From a virus (Duplodnaviria > Heunggongvirae > Uroviricota > Caudoviricetes): 38,380 bases of DNA. Within the stretch, counting starts at the first letter, position 1; each line of letters opens with the position of its first letter. The stretch lies in IMG/VR virus record IMGVR_UViG_2713897056_000005, one strand, 5' to 3'. Position numbers and translations under genes: made by a program. The notes under the pieces are model-generated. The model saw nothing but the letters and a program-made list of their open reading frames with translations, ran no database searches and was not told the DNA's origin. Of this stretch, positions 29,530 through 38,380 are shown in pieces.

Positions 29530-30111
29530 TTAGAACATATAAGTGTTGATCGTTATCAATATACTTAATCCTTGTTGTTTTATCAACCCTTCAACATATT
29601 TTTTTTCGTTATCATTTTTGACAAAGATGCAATGGAAATTTTTCGGCTCGACCGTTACACTTGATAAACACTCAGCCATACATACAGATTTGCATTCTGC
29701 ATTTTTATAATCCCTTATATTCATTAGCTCCCAGTCAATTTGGGCCATTCCTTGTTCATAATCTAAGAGGTCTATAACAGAACTGGTGGATAATGGATGT
29801 TTAGGGATAACTTTCCAACCATTTTCTTTGGCAAATGCCCGACAAACCGAAATAATACAAAATGATTTTTCCTTATGATCTTTCAGGACTCTTCCATCAA
29901 ATGGATTCTTAGTAAAGAAATGAAAAGGAACCATTGTTTGCAAATTTAATGCTTCGCGACCTGTTATTATTTCACCGTCGGCCACATCAACAAACTCACC
30001 TTTTACTGATGCACGAGATCTTAATCCTGTATCTAAAATACTAGGTAGATTATCCATACATGTTAAATGATAGAGAAGATACTGATCTTCAATTCTTTTC
30101 CTTTCGCTCAT
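29530..30111 (-). CDS. darT: DarT-like DNA ADP-ribosyltransferase toxin (DUF4433 family)
   Basis: N-terminal LLYHLTCMDNLPSILDTGLRSR matches the DarT signature as I recall it; 193 aa; 4 nt upstream of the macrodomain gene; GGATGA Shine-Dalgarno. Confidence 0.65.
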   Translation of the reverse strand: MSERKRIEDQYLLYHLTCMDNLPSILDTGLRSRASVKGEFVDVADGEIITGREALNLQTMVPFHFFTKNPFDGRVLKDHKEKSFCIISVCRAFAKENGWKVIPKHPLSTSSVIDLLDYEQGMAQIDWELMNIRDYKNAECKSVCMAECLSSVTVEPKNFHCIFVKNDNEKKYVEGLIKQQGLSILITINTYMF

Positions 30112-30578
30112 TTCAACTCATCCTTTCAAATTCGTAAGTCTATTTATAGAACCAAACCTCACTGGCAGTCAAGGTTTTTAAGATTATTCACATTGCCTTC
30201 TGCCTGTCGATCTAATTATTTTCGATTTTTTGGGTATGATTTGGCATTATTGATATACAAGGTAAAACAATTTTTCAGTAGTTTACTGACGCTGAGTGAT
30301 TACGATAGCTAGCTTGGGAAGGAAATGGCCATAGTGCATGTGCTGAACAAAATGAAAAAGGCAGGGACATTCTGGTCTTCCCCATGAGTATGGATTTTCA
30401 TTGCATCGATGGGTATGAGCAACGTCCCCTTGATTAAGGATAGCGTTGCATCGACCCGTTGAACTCACAACACAAATCGTACAATCACTTATCAAAATGG
30501 CCGCCCACCTTACGCCTCGTTTCACTCGCTACCCAAACTAGCCCCCATCAGAATGAATCCTCCTGGGGGCAATGTTTC

Positions 30579-30812
30579 TTAATGCAGCCAGCTGTCGTCC
30601 TCCCACACCTTCTGCATAATTTTCATCACTTGTTTTCTTTCTTCATCCAGTTGCAGTCCGGTTAGTTCCACACCGTTAGAGCTACCTTTGCGAATGCGAA
30701 TTACCGTTTTGGGATACAGGGGGCGCAGATTGCGGTAAAGCTCGGATTCAAGGGCGTCCAGGGTAGACTGGCTAATCTTCTGCTCTTTATCGATCATTAT
30801 TTCAATGCGCAT
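30579..30812 (-). CDS. DinI-family protein (possible C-terminal domain of a Tum-like antirepressor)
   Basis: MRIEIMIDKEQKIS...VWEDDSWL resembles DinI; the longer ORF to 30884 and upstream frames may be part of the same gene. Confidence 0.65.
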   Translation of the reverse strand: MRIEIMIDKEQKISQSTLDALESELYRNLRPLYPKTVIRIRKGSSNGVELTGLQLDEERKQVMKIMQKVWEDDSWLH

Positions 30813-31054
30813 AAAAGTCACCTCAGCTGATGACATCCATTGAGCGGTTGTATTCGTGGCTTCTGATTTTTGCCATGAGTTCATCTGTCAGTTCAGAAAC
30901 CCACTGCAGAGCCAGCCCTTTCTCTTCATCACTACACTCACTAGCCGCTACAAGCTTAAGAAAAAAAATCAATGCGCTGGAGCTTCAAAGACTCCAAAAA
31001 ATAGTCCTGCATCTTTCCTCCTATGACACCAAAGCAATACTGTATACATAACCA

Positions 31055-31070
31055 CTGTTTATATTTACAG
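31055..31070. promoter_or_regulatory. LexA (SOS) box
   Basis: CTGTTTATATTTACAG, a perfect CTGT-N8-ACAG; lies upstream of a GGAGGA-ATG (31012) and the DinI-like gene on the minus strand. Confidence 0.6.
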
Positions 31071-31167
31071 TATATAATAATCTTACTGATGTAAAACGTT
31101 TTTTTTTTACGTTCATCAGCCTGATATGCCTAGTATTATTAAGAGCACGAATTGTTAACCCGCGTAA

Positions 31168-33582
31168 TTAATACAGATCCCGCCACTTATCATCTTCCTG
31201 CAAACGCTGGTTCCGATAGAAGATACGCAGGCCTGCTCCTGACGGAATACTGCCACCGCGAAGGAGTAAATCGACCTCTTTCTCGCTTCCATCAAATCCT
31301 CTGGACTTCAGTTCATAGACGAGCTGCTGTCGCTGATGATCTGTAATTCGCTGTTTGTAGTCTCTACGCCGTTTCGGTTTCACCAGGCGTAACCTTGCAG
31401 CCAGTTCCCGGCGCTCTTTTTTGTTCATACTGTGCAGGTAATCGTGCAATTCCTTGTCATCCATGCAGGTGATATCCGTTCTGGTATCCCCATCAGCTGA
31501 TTTGTCTTTCCCTTGTTGGTACAAATTTTCAGCAAGGGGACAGTTATTGCCACGAGTCCAAGGGGCGCAAGCGCCCTGGTCGGCTGCCGCCTCCTGAACG
31601 TCAACGGCTTTACGAACCATTTTCCACTTCACTGCATGAGTGCAGATCTTGCCCTCTGCAATGGGTGACCAGATGCCATAAATACGAATGCCGTGATCGC
31701 CATAGGCGGTCGGCTCTTCGTTGATTTCATAAGCGGTTCTGATGAGGTGATATTTACGGGGAACCAGTACGCCGCCCTGCTTCATGATGTAGGTGGCAAA
31801 ACAACCAGCATCAGCAGCAGCCAGGATGGCATCAAGGCGCGGGTTATCCAGTACCGGCGCACCTGCTTTTTTGTCCCCCTTTTGCCTTACCGCCTGACCA
31901 GCCAGCAATCGCAGTTCACGGTAAGCCTGACGCCCCGGAATGCCAAAGAAGCGGAATTGCTGAACACGATGCAAAGACGCCCAGGCATTCACGTATTCAG
32001 CGTTATCACGCAGAGATTTACCCGTTTCCTTGCTGATCTCGCCAGCCAGACCACGCCCGTCAATGTTCTTACTGATGTATTTCGCTATGTAGCTTGTCGG
32101 CGTTCCTTTGCGCGGGTTAATCAGCTCAGACTTAAAGCGCGGCCCCGTGTTATTGCCCAGCTCCTCGCGGTCTTCACGGATAGCAAACTTACGCAACAAT
32201 GCTGTAATGGCGCGGCGGTCTTTTTTGCGCATGAAACACAACAGGTGCCAGTGAACTGTGCCGTCGTGATGCGGCTCAGCCACCCGCACGCCATACCAGC
32301 GCAACCCGGCTTTGTGCATCGCCTTACGAAATGCAGCAAACATACCGACCAGATAATCGCTGCTTTGTCTTACCGTCGCATTTGTCCAGGTCGGGTTGGG
32401 CCTGCCGTTATTTAGCGTGGAATGGAAACGTGACGGACAGGTGATGGTGTAGAAAACGGCGCAGTCACCGCGCATTTCCGCGATAAGCTCCAGACCTTTA
32501 ACACAGGCCATCATCTCATTGCGGCGATGCGCAGGGTTGCTGCTGCTGGCGTTTACCACATCCTCCATGTCTAGCGTGTCGCCGTCTTCGTTCACCAGTT
32601 CATGAGAACGGAAAAACTCCAGCGACTTACGGCGCTGCTCACGTTTATGCAACACGGCTTCATAGCTGACATAGGGAGATGCTTTTTTGCTGACAAGGCA
32701 GACAGCACGCAACTGCTCTTCCCGCCATTCGCAACGCATCTTCCATAATTTCCGATACCACCAGTCGGCGCACAACATACGCGCCAGCGAACCCGGAATG
32801 AGTTCATAGGGCACGGGTTTACGGCGGTTTCTTTTCCGACGGAGTTGCTCAAACGCAGGCGGGATGACATCCAGACGCAGGGTTTCCGCTGCCACCCTTT
32901 CCCATGTATTGCGGATTTCTTCTGGCTTAACGTCATCGGTGGCATACAAATCGCCACAAGCGGCATCAAGGCACATACTCATATGCGCAGCTACCAGGGT
33001 GGACAGGCGTTTCACCTGATCCTGACTCATTTCAGGCAGGATCAGCAGGCCGTCCAGCCCTTCATGGCTTGCCATAAAGCGAAAAGATGCAGATAGCTGA
33101 CTGTCGCGTACATGCTCCAGTCGTTCCAGACATGGCTTAATCGTCTCACGTAAATAGCGGGAATAAGCCTTTGGCCTGCCCAGGCTGCTGAAGTATTCAA
33201 TACGTTGCATCAGCGGCTTGCTGATATGGGAAGGCTGGGCGTTGACGTCCGCCAGAATGACCATATCCGGATTAAAACGCTGCTGCTCATGCGCCAGCTT
33301 TGCCCGACTAATGAGCTTATCCTGTTCCATTTCGCGCTGGACAGGATCACGGGATTCATTAAAGAAATAACGCTCCCAGACCTGATCACTCAGCGCCTCA
33401 CGGCGCAGCTGTTCCTGCTCGTTATCGGCAGCGTACAGAGTGATCAGGTTTGAAAGCGTAGAAACCGGCGCAACTTCCACCGGGTCCAGATAAGGGTTAA
33501 TGGCCTTTTTCGAGCTGTTCCATGAGAACGATGCGGCAGCTTCGTTAAAGCCGCAGCAGTTGTTCATATCGGCATGACTCAT
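31168..33582 (-). CDS. A: Replication initiation endonuclease A (rolling-circle initiator)
   Basis: 804 aa; last gene of early operon; P2/186 gene A size class. Confidence 0.8.
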   Translation of the reverse strand: MSHADMNNCCGFNEAAASFSWNSSKKAINPYLDPVEVAPVSTLSNLITLYAADNEQEQLRREALSDQVWERYFFNESRDPVQREMEQDKLISRAKLAHEQQRFNPDMVILADVNAQPSHISKPLMQRIEYFSSLGRPKAYSRYLRETIKPCLERLEHVRDSQLSASFRFMASHEGLDGLLILPEMSQDQVKRLSTLVAAHMSMCLDAACGDLYATDDVKPEEIRNTWERVAAETLRLDVIPPAFEQLRRKRNRRKPVPYELIPGSLARMLCADWWYRKLWKMRCEWREEQLRAVCLVSKKASPYVSYEAVLHKREQRRKSLEFFRSHELVNEDGDTLDMEDVVNASSSNPAHRRNEMMACVKGLELIAEMRGDCAVFYTITCPSRFHSTLNNGRPNPTWTNATVRQSSDYLVGMFAAFRKAMHKAGLRWYGVRVAEPHHDGTVHWHLLCFMRKKDRRAITALLRKFAIREDREELGNNTGPRFKSELINPRKGTPTSYIAKYISKNIDGRGLAGEISKETGKSLRDNAEYVNAWASLHRVQQFRFFGIPGRQAYRELRLLAGQAVRQKGDKKAGAPVLDNPRLDAILAAADAGCFATYIMKQGGVLVPRKYHLIRTAYEINEEPTAYGDHGIRIYGIWSPIAEGKICTHAVKWKMVRKAVDVQEAAADQGACAPWTRGNNCPLAENLYQQGKDKSADGDTRTDITCMDDKELHDYLHSMNKKERRELAARLRLVKPKRRRDYKQRITDHQRQQLVYELKSRGFDGSEKEVDLLLRGGSIPSGAGLRIFYRNQRLQEDDKWRDLY

Positions 33583-34436
33583 GCACGTACTCCGTACACG
33601 GCAGAACTATCCACGCCACGCGAATAATCAAATCCCACCCAGCAGCGCGGCCCGGAAACAGCAATGATTTCTGTTGCTGATTTACCCTCGCCAGCTGCCA
33701 CACCGATGCTGCGTTTTGCCTTGATGTAGTGGTGAGTAAAATTGCGATACAGCGAACGGATCAGGGATGTGTCACTGTTAGAAACAATGACCGGATGTCC
33801 TTCTGATAACCGATGTTCAAGAACAGATGCCAGGTGATACTGGTCATCTTCAGTGAAGCCGTCAGTGTGATAGCCGGAAAACGTACCGTCATACGGCGGA
33901 TCGCAATACACCACATCCCCCGCCTTCAACATCGCCAGCGTTTCATCAAAGCTGGCGCAGATAAACGTTGCTCGCTGGGCCTTTTCTGCAAATGCGCGAA
34001 TTTCTTTTTCAGGGAAATATGGATTTTTATAATTACCGTAGGGAATGTTGAAATGCCCGCTCTTGTTATAGCGACATAAACCACGGTAACCGTGACGATT
34101 GAGATACAGGAAATATACCGCTTTCATGAAATCAGTAATTTCAGTTGAGTAATTAAACTCCTGCCTTATATTGTAATAAGCCACCTCCCTGTTTGCGATC
34201 TCAAATAAAACTCTGGCGCGAGATATAAACGATTCACAATCAGCGGCAACCTTTTTATAGAGGTTGATTAAATCAGGATTAATATCCGCAACCAGATAGC
34301 TGGGATAATCCGTCTCCATCATCACAGCACAGGAACCCGCGAAAGGTTCAACCAGTCGCGGGCCAGCAGGAAGATGTTTTTTTAGTTCGGACATTATGGC
34401 AGTTTTATTTCCCGCCCATTTCAGGATGGTGCTCAT
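33579..34436 (-). CDS. dam: DNA adenine methyltransferase (Dam family)
   Basis: N-terminus [11 protein letters not shown] and catalytic DPPY motif ([10 protein letters not shown]); start set at internal Met. Confidence 0.85.
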   Translation of the reverse strand: MSTILKWAGNKTAIMSELKKHLPAGPRLVEPFAGSCAVMMETDYPSYLVADINPDLINLYKKVAADCESFISRARVLFEIANREVAYYNIRQEFNYSTEITDFMKAVYFLYLNRHGYRGLCRYNKSGHFNIPYGNYKNPYFPEKEIRAFAEKAQRATFICASFDETLAMLKAGDVVYCDPPYDGTFSGYHTDGFTEDDQYHLASVLEHRLSEGHPVIVSNSDTSLIRSLYRNFTHHYIKAKRSIGVAAGEGKSATEIIAVSGPRCWVGFDYSRGVDSSAVYGVRA

Positions 34437-34660
34437 ACAGCACCTCCGTTGTAATGTTTGCCTTTCAGCTCTGCGATTTCCTGACAGGTAATGCAAAGCT
34501 GCACACCCGGAATGGCACGGCGGCGTGCTGGCGGAATTGGCGCTTCACACTCAATGCAAAGCACGCGGGACACGCCCGGCGTTTTGGCACGGGCAGCACG
34601 GATATGGCGTTGGCGTTCTTCTTCAACGCGCTGCTGTACGAGATCCATTGCATCAGCCAT
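34433..34660 (-). CDS. TraR/DksA-family C4 zinc-finger protein
   Basis: 75 aa; CxxC-N17-CxxC (CIECEAPIPPARRRAIPGVQLCITCQ). Confidence 0.7.
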   Translation of the reverse strand: MADAMDLVQQRVEEERQRHIRAARAKTPGVSRVLCIECEAPIPPARRRAIPGVQLCITCQEIAELKGKHYNGGAV

Positions 34661-34899
34661 TAGTGGATCTCCTGCGCTTCGTTCTGGATTGCTTCAGCAG
34701 TCACACGAAGCAGTTCTGCCGCTTCGACGTGGGTTAGCTGGCGGGATGTGATATGACACGCCAGGCTATCAAGGCGAGCTGCCATTGCTTCAGCCCTTGC
34801 CCGGCGTTCTTCCAGACGAGCCTCTGTCAGTAAAATATTAAGCCCTGCGTCATCCGGTCCGGTTTTGGTCGAGAGGGTTTCAATATTACGCATAATCAA
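34660..34899 (-). CDS. Hypothetical early-operon protein
   Basis: 79 aa ORF tightly packed in the early operon. Confidence 0.4.
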   Translation of the reverse strand: MIMRNIETLSTKTGPDDAGLNILLTEARLEERRARAEAMAARLDSLACHITSRQLTHVEAAELLRVTAEAIQNEAQEIH

Positions 34900-34960
34900 T
34901 TCTCCTGAATTTAGATAAAGGGATGCCCGGCGGGTTTACGCCATTAATTTCATTAGTTGG

Positions 34961-35302
34961 TTAATTCGGCATGGTTAGCCGTCTGGGAAATAAGCTCACC
35001 ACTGCACGAAAATGATTCATTGCTTTAATCAACTCCCGCTTTTCGTCAGTGGTCAGCTCATTAATGCTGATGCTATGACGTTCAGCTGGAATTTTTGCCA
35101 TAAAGAATATGGCAGCCAGTGCCCGTTTATTTTGTTCGCTATTAATATCCCGTGAATCACGCATATCTTTAATAAACCGCTCAAGCTCTGACTCAATATT
35201 CAGGCCAAAAACTTTCGCCCTTAACTCCGCAATGTGATTAAGTCCATTCAGGCGTTCACCGGGGCTTAATGGAACAGTCGCCGCAGTGCCTTCAATAGCC
35301 AT
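34961..35302 (-). CDS. Hypothetical early-operon protein
   Basis: 113 aa ORF in the early operon. Confidence 0.4.
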   Translation of the reverse strand: MAIEGTAATVPLSPGERLNGLNHIAELRAKVFGLNIESELERFIKDMRDSRDINSEQNKRALAAIFFMAKIPAERHSISINELTTDEKRELIKAMNHFRAVVSLFPRRLTMPN

Positions 35303-35466
35303 TTGTTCCCCCGTTTTTTCGTAGATAGTTCTGCCAGCAATTCATCTTGTGAACGGCACGGATGCCAGCGTTTACCATCCTCCCCCATGATCCAGCCGTG
35401 ACCGTAATGCATTGCCGGGCTTTGTTTAACCAGCAGCGATGCAAATGATGGTTCTTTCGTCAGCAT
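35266..35466 (-). CDS. Hypothetical early-operon protein
   Basis: Start chosen at MLTKEPSF to avoid overlap with cII; weak. Confidence 0.3.
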   Translation of the reverse strand: MLTKEPSFASLLVKQSPAMHYGHGWIMGEDGKRWHPCRSQDELLAELSTKKRGNKWLLKALRRLFH

Positions 35467-35473
35467 AAGCACC

Positions 35474-35989
35474 TCACAGCAAACCAAATGAAGCACCGAG
35501 GCCAGTCACGGTATCAACTGCACTCGCCATCGCAGGATTAGCCTGTAAACGGGCCTGCAATGAAACAGCCGCCAGCGCCATCAGTCGTGTTACAGAGTTA
35601 ATGCTGCTGATAGCATCACGACGACCGGCACAGGTTTTTACATCGCCAGACACCGCACCTGCAGCAACACGCCCGATCTCTGCGGTTGCACTCATGACGT
35701 AATGTGGCAGTTTCTCTTTTGCCACCTCATTAATCGGTACACATGGCAGACAATGAATCTGTGCCAGAAAACCATCTACCAGCGTTGAATCTTCAGTCAG
35801 ATCGGTAAGCAGCCAGATTTCTGGTGCGGTTAATAAATGAGGCTGAGCTGGGTTCAGCTTGTTCCGCAGAATCTGCACATTCATGCCTGCACGTTCTGCC
35901 AGTTGCACCAGATTGTGGCGCAGTGCAAATGCACGACAGGCTTCATCAAAATGTGGATGTTTGGAAACTTGGTAATCAAACATGGTCAA
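35474..35989 (-). CDS. cII: CII-like lysogeny establishment activator (phage 186 CII family)
   Basis: [20 protein letters not shown]...LNPAQPH...[25 protein letters not shown] closely resembles 186 CII from memory. Confidence 0.7.
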   Translation of the reverse strand: MTMFDYQVSKHPHFDEACRAFALRHNLVQLAERAGMNVQILRNKLNPAQPHLLTAPEIWLLTDLTEDSTLVDGFLAQIHCLPCVPINEVAKEKLPHYVMSATAEIGRVAAGAVSGDVKTCAGRRDAISSINSVTRLMALAAVSLQARLQANPAMASAVDTVTGLGASFGLL

Positions 35990-36015
35990 TGCCTCTGATG
36001 TATTTCAGAATCGAA

Positions 36016-36237
36016 CTAATTAAGGTTTAGATTGCATTCTGAAAGCGCATCAACGGTCATTGCTGCTATGTTGATCATCACTTTTTCGCGTTTTTTATCT
36101 TTGCGCAGACGGTGACGGATAAGGCGTCCATCAGCCAACATGTCATTGATGGTATCGATGGATAGCCCTGTCAGCTCGCTATAGCGTTCAATAGTCACAT
36201 GAGGCGTGGTAAGAGTGATTGAAATGTTAGGTCTCAT
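36016..36237 (-). CDS. apl: Apl/Cox-like small DNA-binding excisionase and switch repressor
   Basis: 73 aa, first gene of the lytic operon, divergent from cI; GAGGA Shine-Dalgarno. Confidence 0.5.
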   Translation of the reverse strand: MRPNISITLTTPHVTIERYSELTGLSIDTINDMLADGRLIRHRLRKDKKREKVMINIAAMTVDALSECNLNLN

Positions 36238-36356
36238 GATGCAACATTCCTCGTTTAATGATGATTAATCAGGACGAATACGGATCGTTTGTATTTTGTG
36301 AACACCATAAACATACGATCGCACGGTGAAATCGTCAAGATAAAAGTTCACTTGGA
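36238..36356. promoter_or_regulatory. Lysis-lysogeny switch region (lytic and lysogenic promoters and operators)
   Basis: 119 bp between divergent apl and cI; individual promoter hexamers not confidently assignable by eye. Confidence 0.5.
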
Positions 36357-36932
36357 GTGACCATGAATTTGGAGAAAGGCGGACGAGGCGCCATAGAGCG
36401 CATGGTAGAAGCTTATGGATTCAAGACTCGACAGGCGTTGTGCGATCATTTAGGAATCTCTAAAAGTACACTCGCCACACGCTACATGCGTGACTCATTC
36501 CCAGCAGAATGGGTAATCCAGTGCGCCCTTGAAACAGGCACCTCGCTTAATTGGCTCACAACCGGGCATGGTTCAAAGCAAACTTCAGGTAATACAAATA
36601 CTATGGAAGTTGCTAAATATGTATTATCTGATGGGGCCTTGTGTGAAGACGGTTTTTATATTTTCGATAGAGAATTTCTACCGTCGGCATTCAAGAATCT
36701 TTTTGTAATCACAGATAATAATTCTGAATTTATTTGTGATAAGGAATTTGATGATATACGTGATGGTAAATGGGTAATAAGTATTGATGGCGAAATAACG
36801 ATCCGTGACATTACTCGTTTACCCGGTGGAAGAATCTTCGTCGAGGGTGGAAACAGAGCCTTTGAATGTAAGATAGAAGACATTGAAATAATTGGTAAAA
36901 TTATAAGTTTAACAGTCAAGTATGTTAAATAG
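36357..36932 (+). CDS. cI: Immunity repressor (186 CI-like)
   Basis: 191 aa; N-terminal HTH region (EAYGFKTRQALCDHLGISKSTLATRY) and C-terminal LPGGRIFVEGG resemble 186 CI from memory. Confidence 0.7.
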   Translation: MTMNLEKGGRGAIERMVEAYGFKTRQALCDHLGISKSTLATRYMRDSFPAEWVIQCALETGTSLNWLTTGHGSKQTSGNTNTMEVAKYVLSDGALCEDGFYIFDREFLPSAFKNLFVITDNNSEFICDKEFDDIRDGKWVISIDGEITIRDITRLPGGRIFVEGGNRAFECKIEDIEIIGKIISLTVKYVK

Positions 36933-36947
36933 TACCGGGAGGAAATT

Positions 36948-37139
36948 ATGCTTGGTAAGGTATTTTTTGTGGTTTTGTCATGTTCTTTGTTATTAAACCC
37001 ACTAGCTACCTATGCTAGAAATTATCCCTGCTCAGGGAAAAAGGGAGGTGTTTCTCACTGTACCTCTGATGGCAAATTCGTTTGCAATGATGGAACTATT
37101 AGTAAATCCAAAAAAATCTGTACTAAAAACTCACGATAA
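36948..37139 (+). CDS. Small secreted cysteine-rich protein (candidate lysogenic-conversion moron)
   Basis: 63 aa; signal-peptide-like N-terminus ([23 protein letters not shown]) and four Cys in the mature part; between cI and int on the lysogenic transcript. Confidence 0.4.
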   Translation: MLGKVFFVVLSCSLLLNPLATYARNYPCSGKKGGVSHCTSDGKFVCNDGTISKSKKICTKNSR

Positions 37140-37327
37140 CTTTTGCTTTTATATCTGCGCCTAAAATAAAAATGAGCCACAGGTTAACCGCAAAAGTTAC
37201 ATGATCACATAGCAAAAAGAATAGCCTACTTCATTATGGCTTCAGTGAGATGTATGGTCGCAGGATTTCATACATTGACACTGGTTATACATACAGTAAA
37301 AATGCTCTCTATTGGAGGGCATTTTTT

Positions 37328-38380
37328 ATGGCTGTACGAAAACTCACCACAGGAAAATGGCTTTGCGAATGTTACCCCGCCGGACGTAGTGGGCGTCGTG
37401 TGCGTAAACAATTCGCCACCAAAGGCGAAGCACTGGCTTTTGAGCGTCACACGATGGAAGAAACCGAAGCAAAGCCCTGGCTAGGTGAATCAGTGGATCG
37501 TCGAACACTGAAAGACGTGGTTGAGCTATGGTTCAAACTACATGGTAAATCACTGACTGCTGGGCAGCATGTCTATGACAAATTGCTGCTGATGGTTGAC
37601 GCTCTGGGCAATCCCCTTGCAACTGATCTAACCTCTAAAATGTTTGCCCACTATCGAGATAAACGCCTGACAGGTGAGATCTACTTCAGCGAGAAATGGA
37701 AGAAAGGAGCAAGCCCGGTCACCATTAACCTGGAGCAAAGCTATCTAAGTAGTGTTTTTAGCGAACTATCCCGCCTGGGCGAATGGTCGTATCCGAACCC
37801 ACTGGAGAACATGCGAAAATTCACCATCGCAGAAAAAGAGATGGCATGGCTTACCCATGAGCAGATTGTTGAATTACTGGCTGATTGCAAACGTCAGGAC
37901 CCAATTCTGGCACTGGTAGTTAAGATATGCTTAAGCACAGGCGCACGCTGGCGAGAAGCCGTAAATCTTACTCGTTCACAGGTGACCAAATACCGAATTA
38001 CCTTTGTAAGAACGAAGGGGAAGAAAAACAGAAGCATCCCTATCAGTAAAGAGCTTTACGAAGAGATCATGGCGCTTGATGGGTTCAATTTCTTCACAGA
38101 CTGCTATTTTCAATTTTTATCCGTGATGGAAAAAACGTCTATCGTGCTCCCTCGCGGTCAACTCACACACGTTCTGCGCCATACGTTTGCGGCGCACTTC
38201 ATGATGTCGGGTGGAAACATTCTGGCCTTACAAAAAATTCTCGGACACCACGATATAAAAATGACTATGCGTTACGCACATCTGGCACCGGATCATCTGG
38301 AAACGGCGCTCCGTTTCAATCCTCTGGCAACGCTGCCAAGTGGCGACAAAGTGGCGGCAGCGGTTGGCATTACCCCGTAA
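37328..38380 (+). CDS. int: Tyrosine integrase (P2/186 family)
   Basis: Start at MAVRKLTTGKW; C-terminal catalytic region with R...HxxR...Y (LRHTFAAHF, MRYAHL); stop codon is the last 3 nt of the window. Confidence 0.85.
   Translation: MAVRKLTTGKWLCECYPAGRSGRRVRKQFATKGEALAFERHTMEETEAKPWLGESVDRRTLKDVVELWFKLHGKSLTAGQHVYDKLLLMVDALGNPLATDLTSKMFAHYRDKRLTGEIYFSEKWKKGASPVTINLEQSYLSSVFSELSRLGEWSYPNPLENMRKFTIAEKEMAWLTHEQIVELLADCKRQDPILALVVKICLSTGARWREAVNLTRSQVTKYRITFVRTKGKKNRSIPISKELYEEIMALDGFNFFTDCYFQFLSVMEKTSIVLPRGQLTHVLRHTFAAHFMMSGGNILALQKILGHHDIKMTMRYAHLAPDHLETALRFNPLATLPSGDKVAAAVGITP

Larger units (their letters stand above)
3388..38380. mobile_element. P2/186-family temperate myovirus prophage (this end near ogr; other att site beyond window end)
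   Basis: Contiguous P2-order late genes, 186-like immunity region and tyrosine integrase; att cores not identifiable because only one junction is in the window. Confidence 0.85.

Noticed and set aside
30283-30525. 80 aa minus-strand ORF and 81 aa plus-strand ORF in the 460 bp gap upstream of darT
   Set aside because: Mutually overlapping, no recognisable features; more likely promoter or leader region for the darTG operon. An unrecognised small regulator cannot be excluded.
36238-36356. Specific -35/-10 hexamers and operator repeats for the lytic and lysogenic promoters
   Set aside because: Several weak candidate hexamers and short palindromes (around cgatcg) are present but none is convincing by eye; reported only as a switch region.

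Overview
The window is an Escherichia coli-type chromosomal segment (grxA, ybjM, ybjL at 1..2620) followed by a nearly complete P2/186-family myovirus prophage running from about 3.4 kb to the window end; the distal att site lies beyond the window. All calls are from reading the ORF translations and the DNA by eye, with family assignments from memory of P2/186 proteins; no searches were run. The prophage has P2-like late genes on the minus strand (ogr, D, U, T, E/E', FII, FI, H, I, J, W, V, S, R, lysis cassette, L, M, N, O), a divergent P-Q terminase/portal pair, and a 186-like lysogeny/replication module (cI, apl, cII, dam, A, int). Two AT-rich cargo blocks flank a cos-like site: an uncharacterised three-gene operon (25603..27830) between portal and cos, which is the best candidate for an undescribed anti-phage system, and a DarT/DarG-like toxin-antitoxin pair (28553..30111) whose macrodomain gene is split at an A10 tract. 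A Gin/Pin-type invertase with a 1.8 kb invertible tail-fibre cassette sits between FI and H. Every frame disruption I found (terminase P twice, darG) falls in a homopolymer A run, so systematic homopolymer sequencing error must be excluded before any of them is read as biology.
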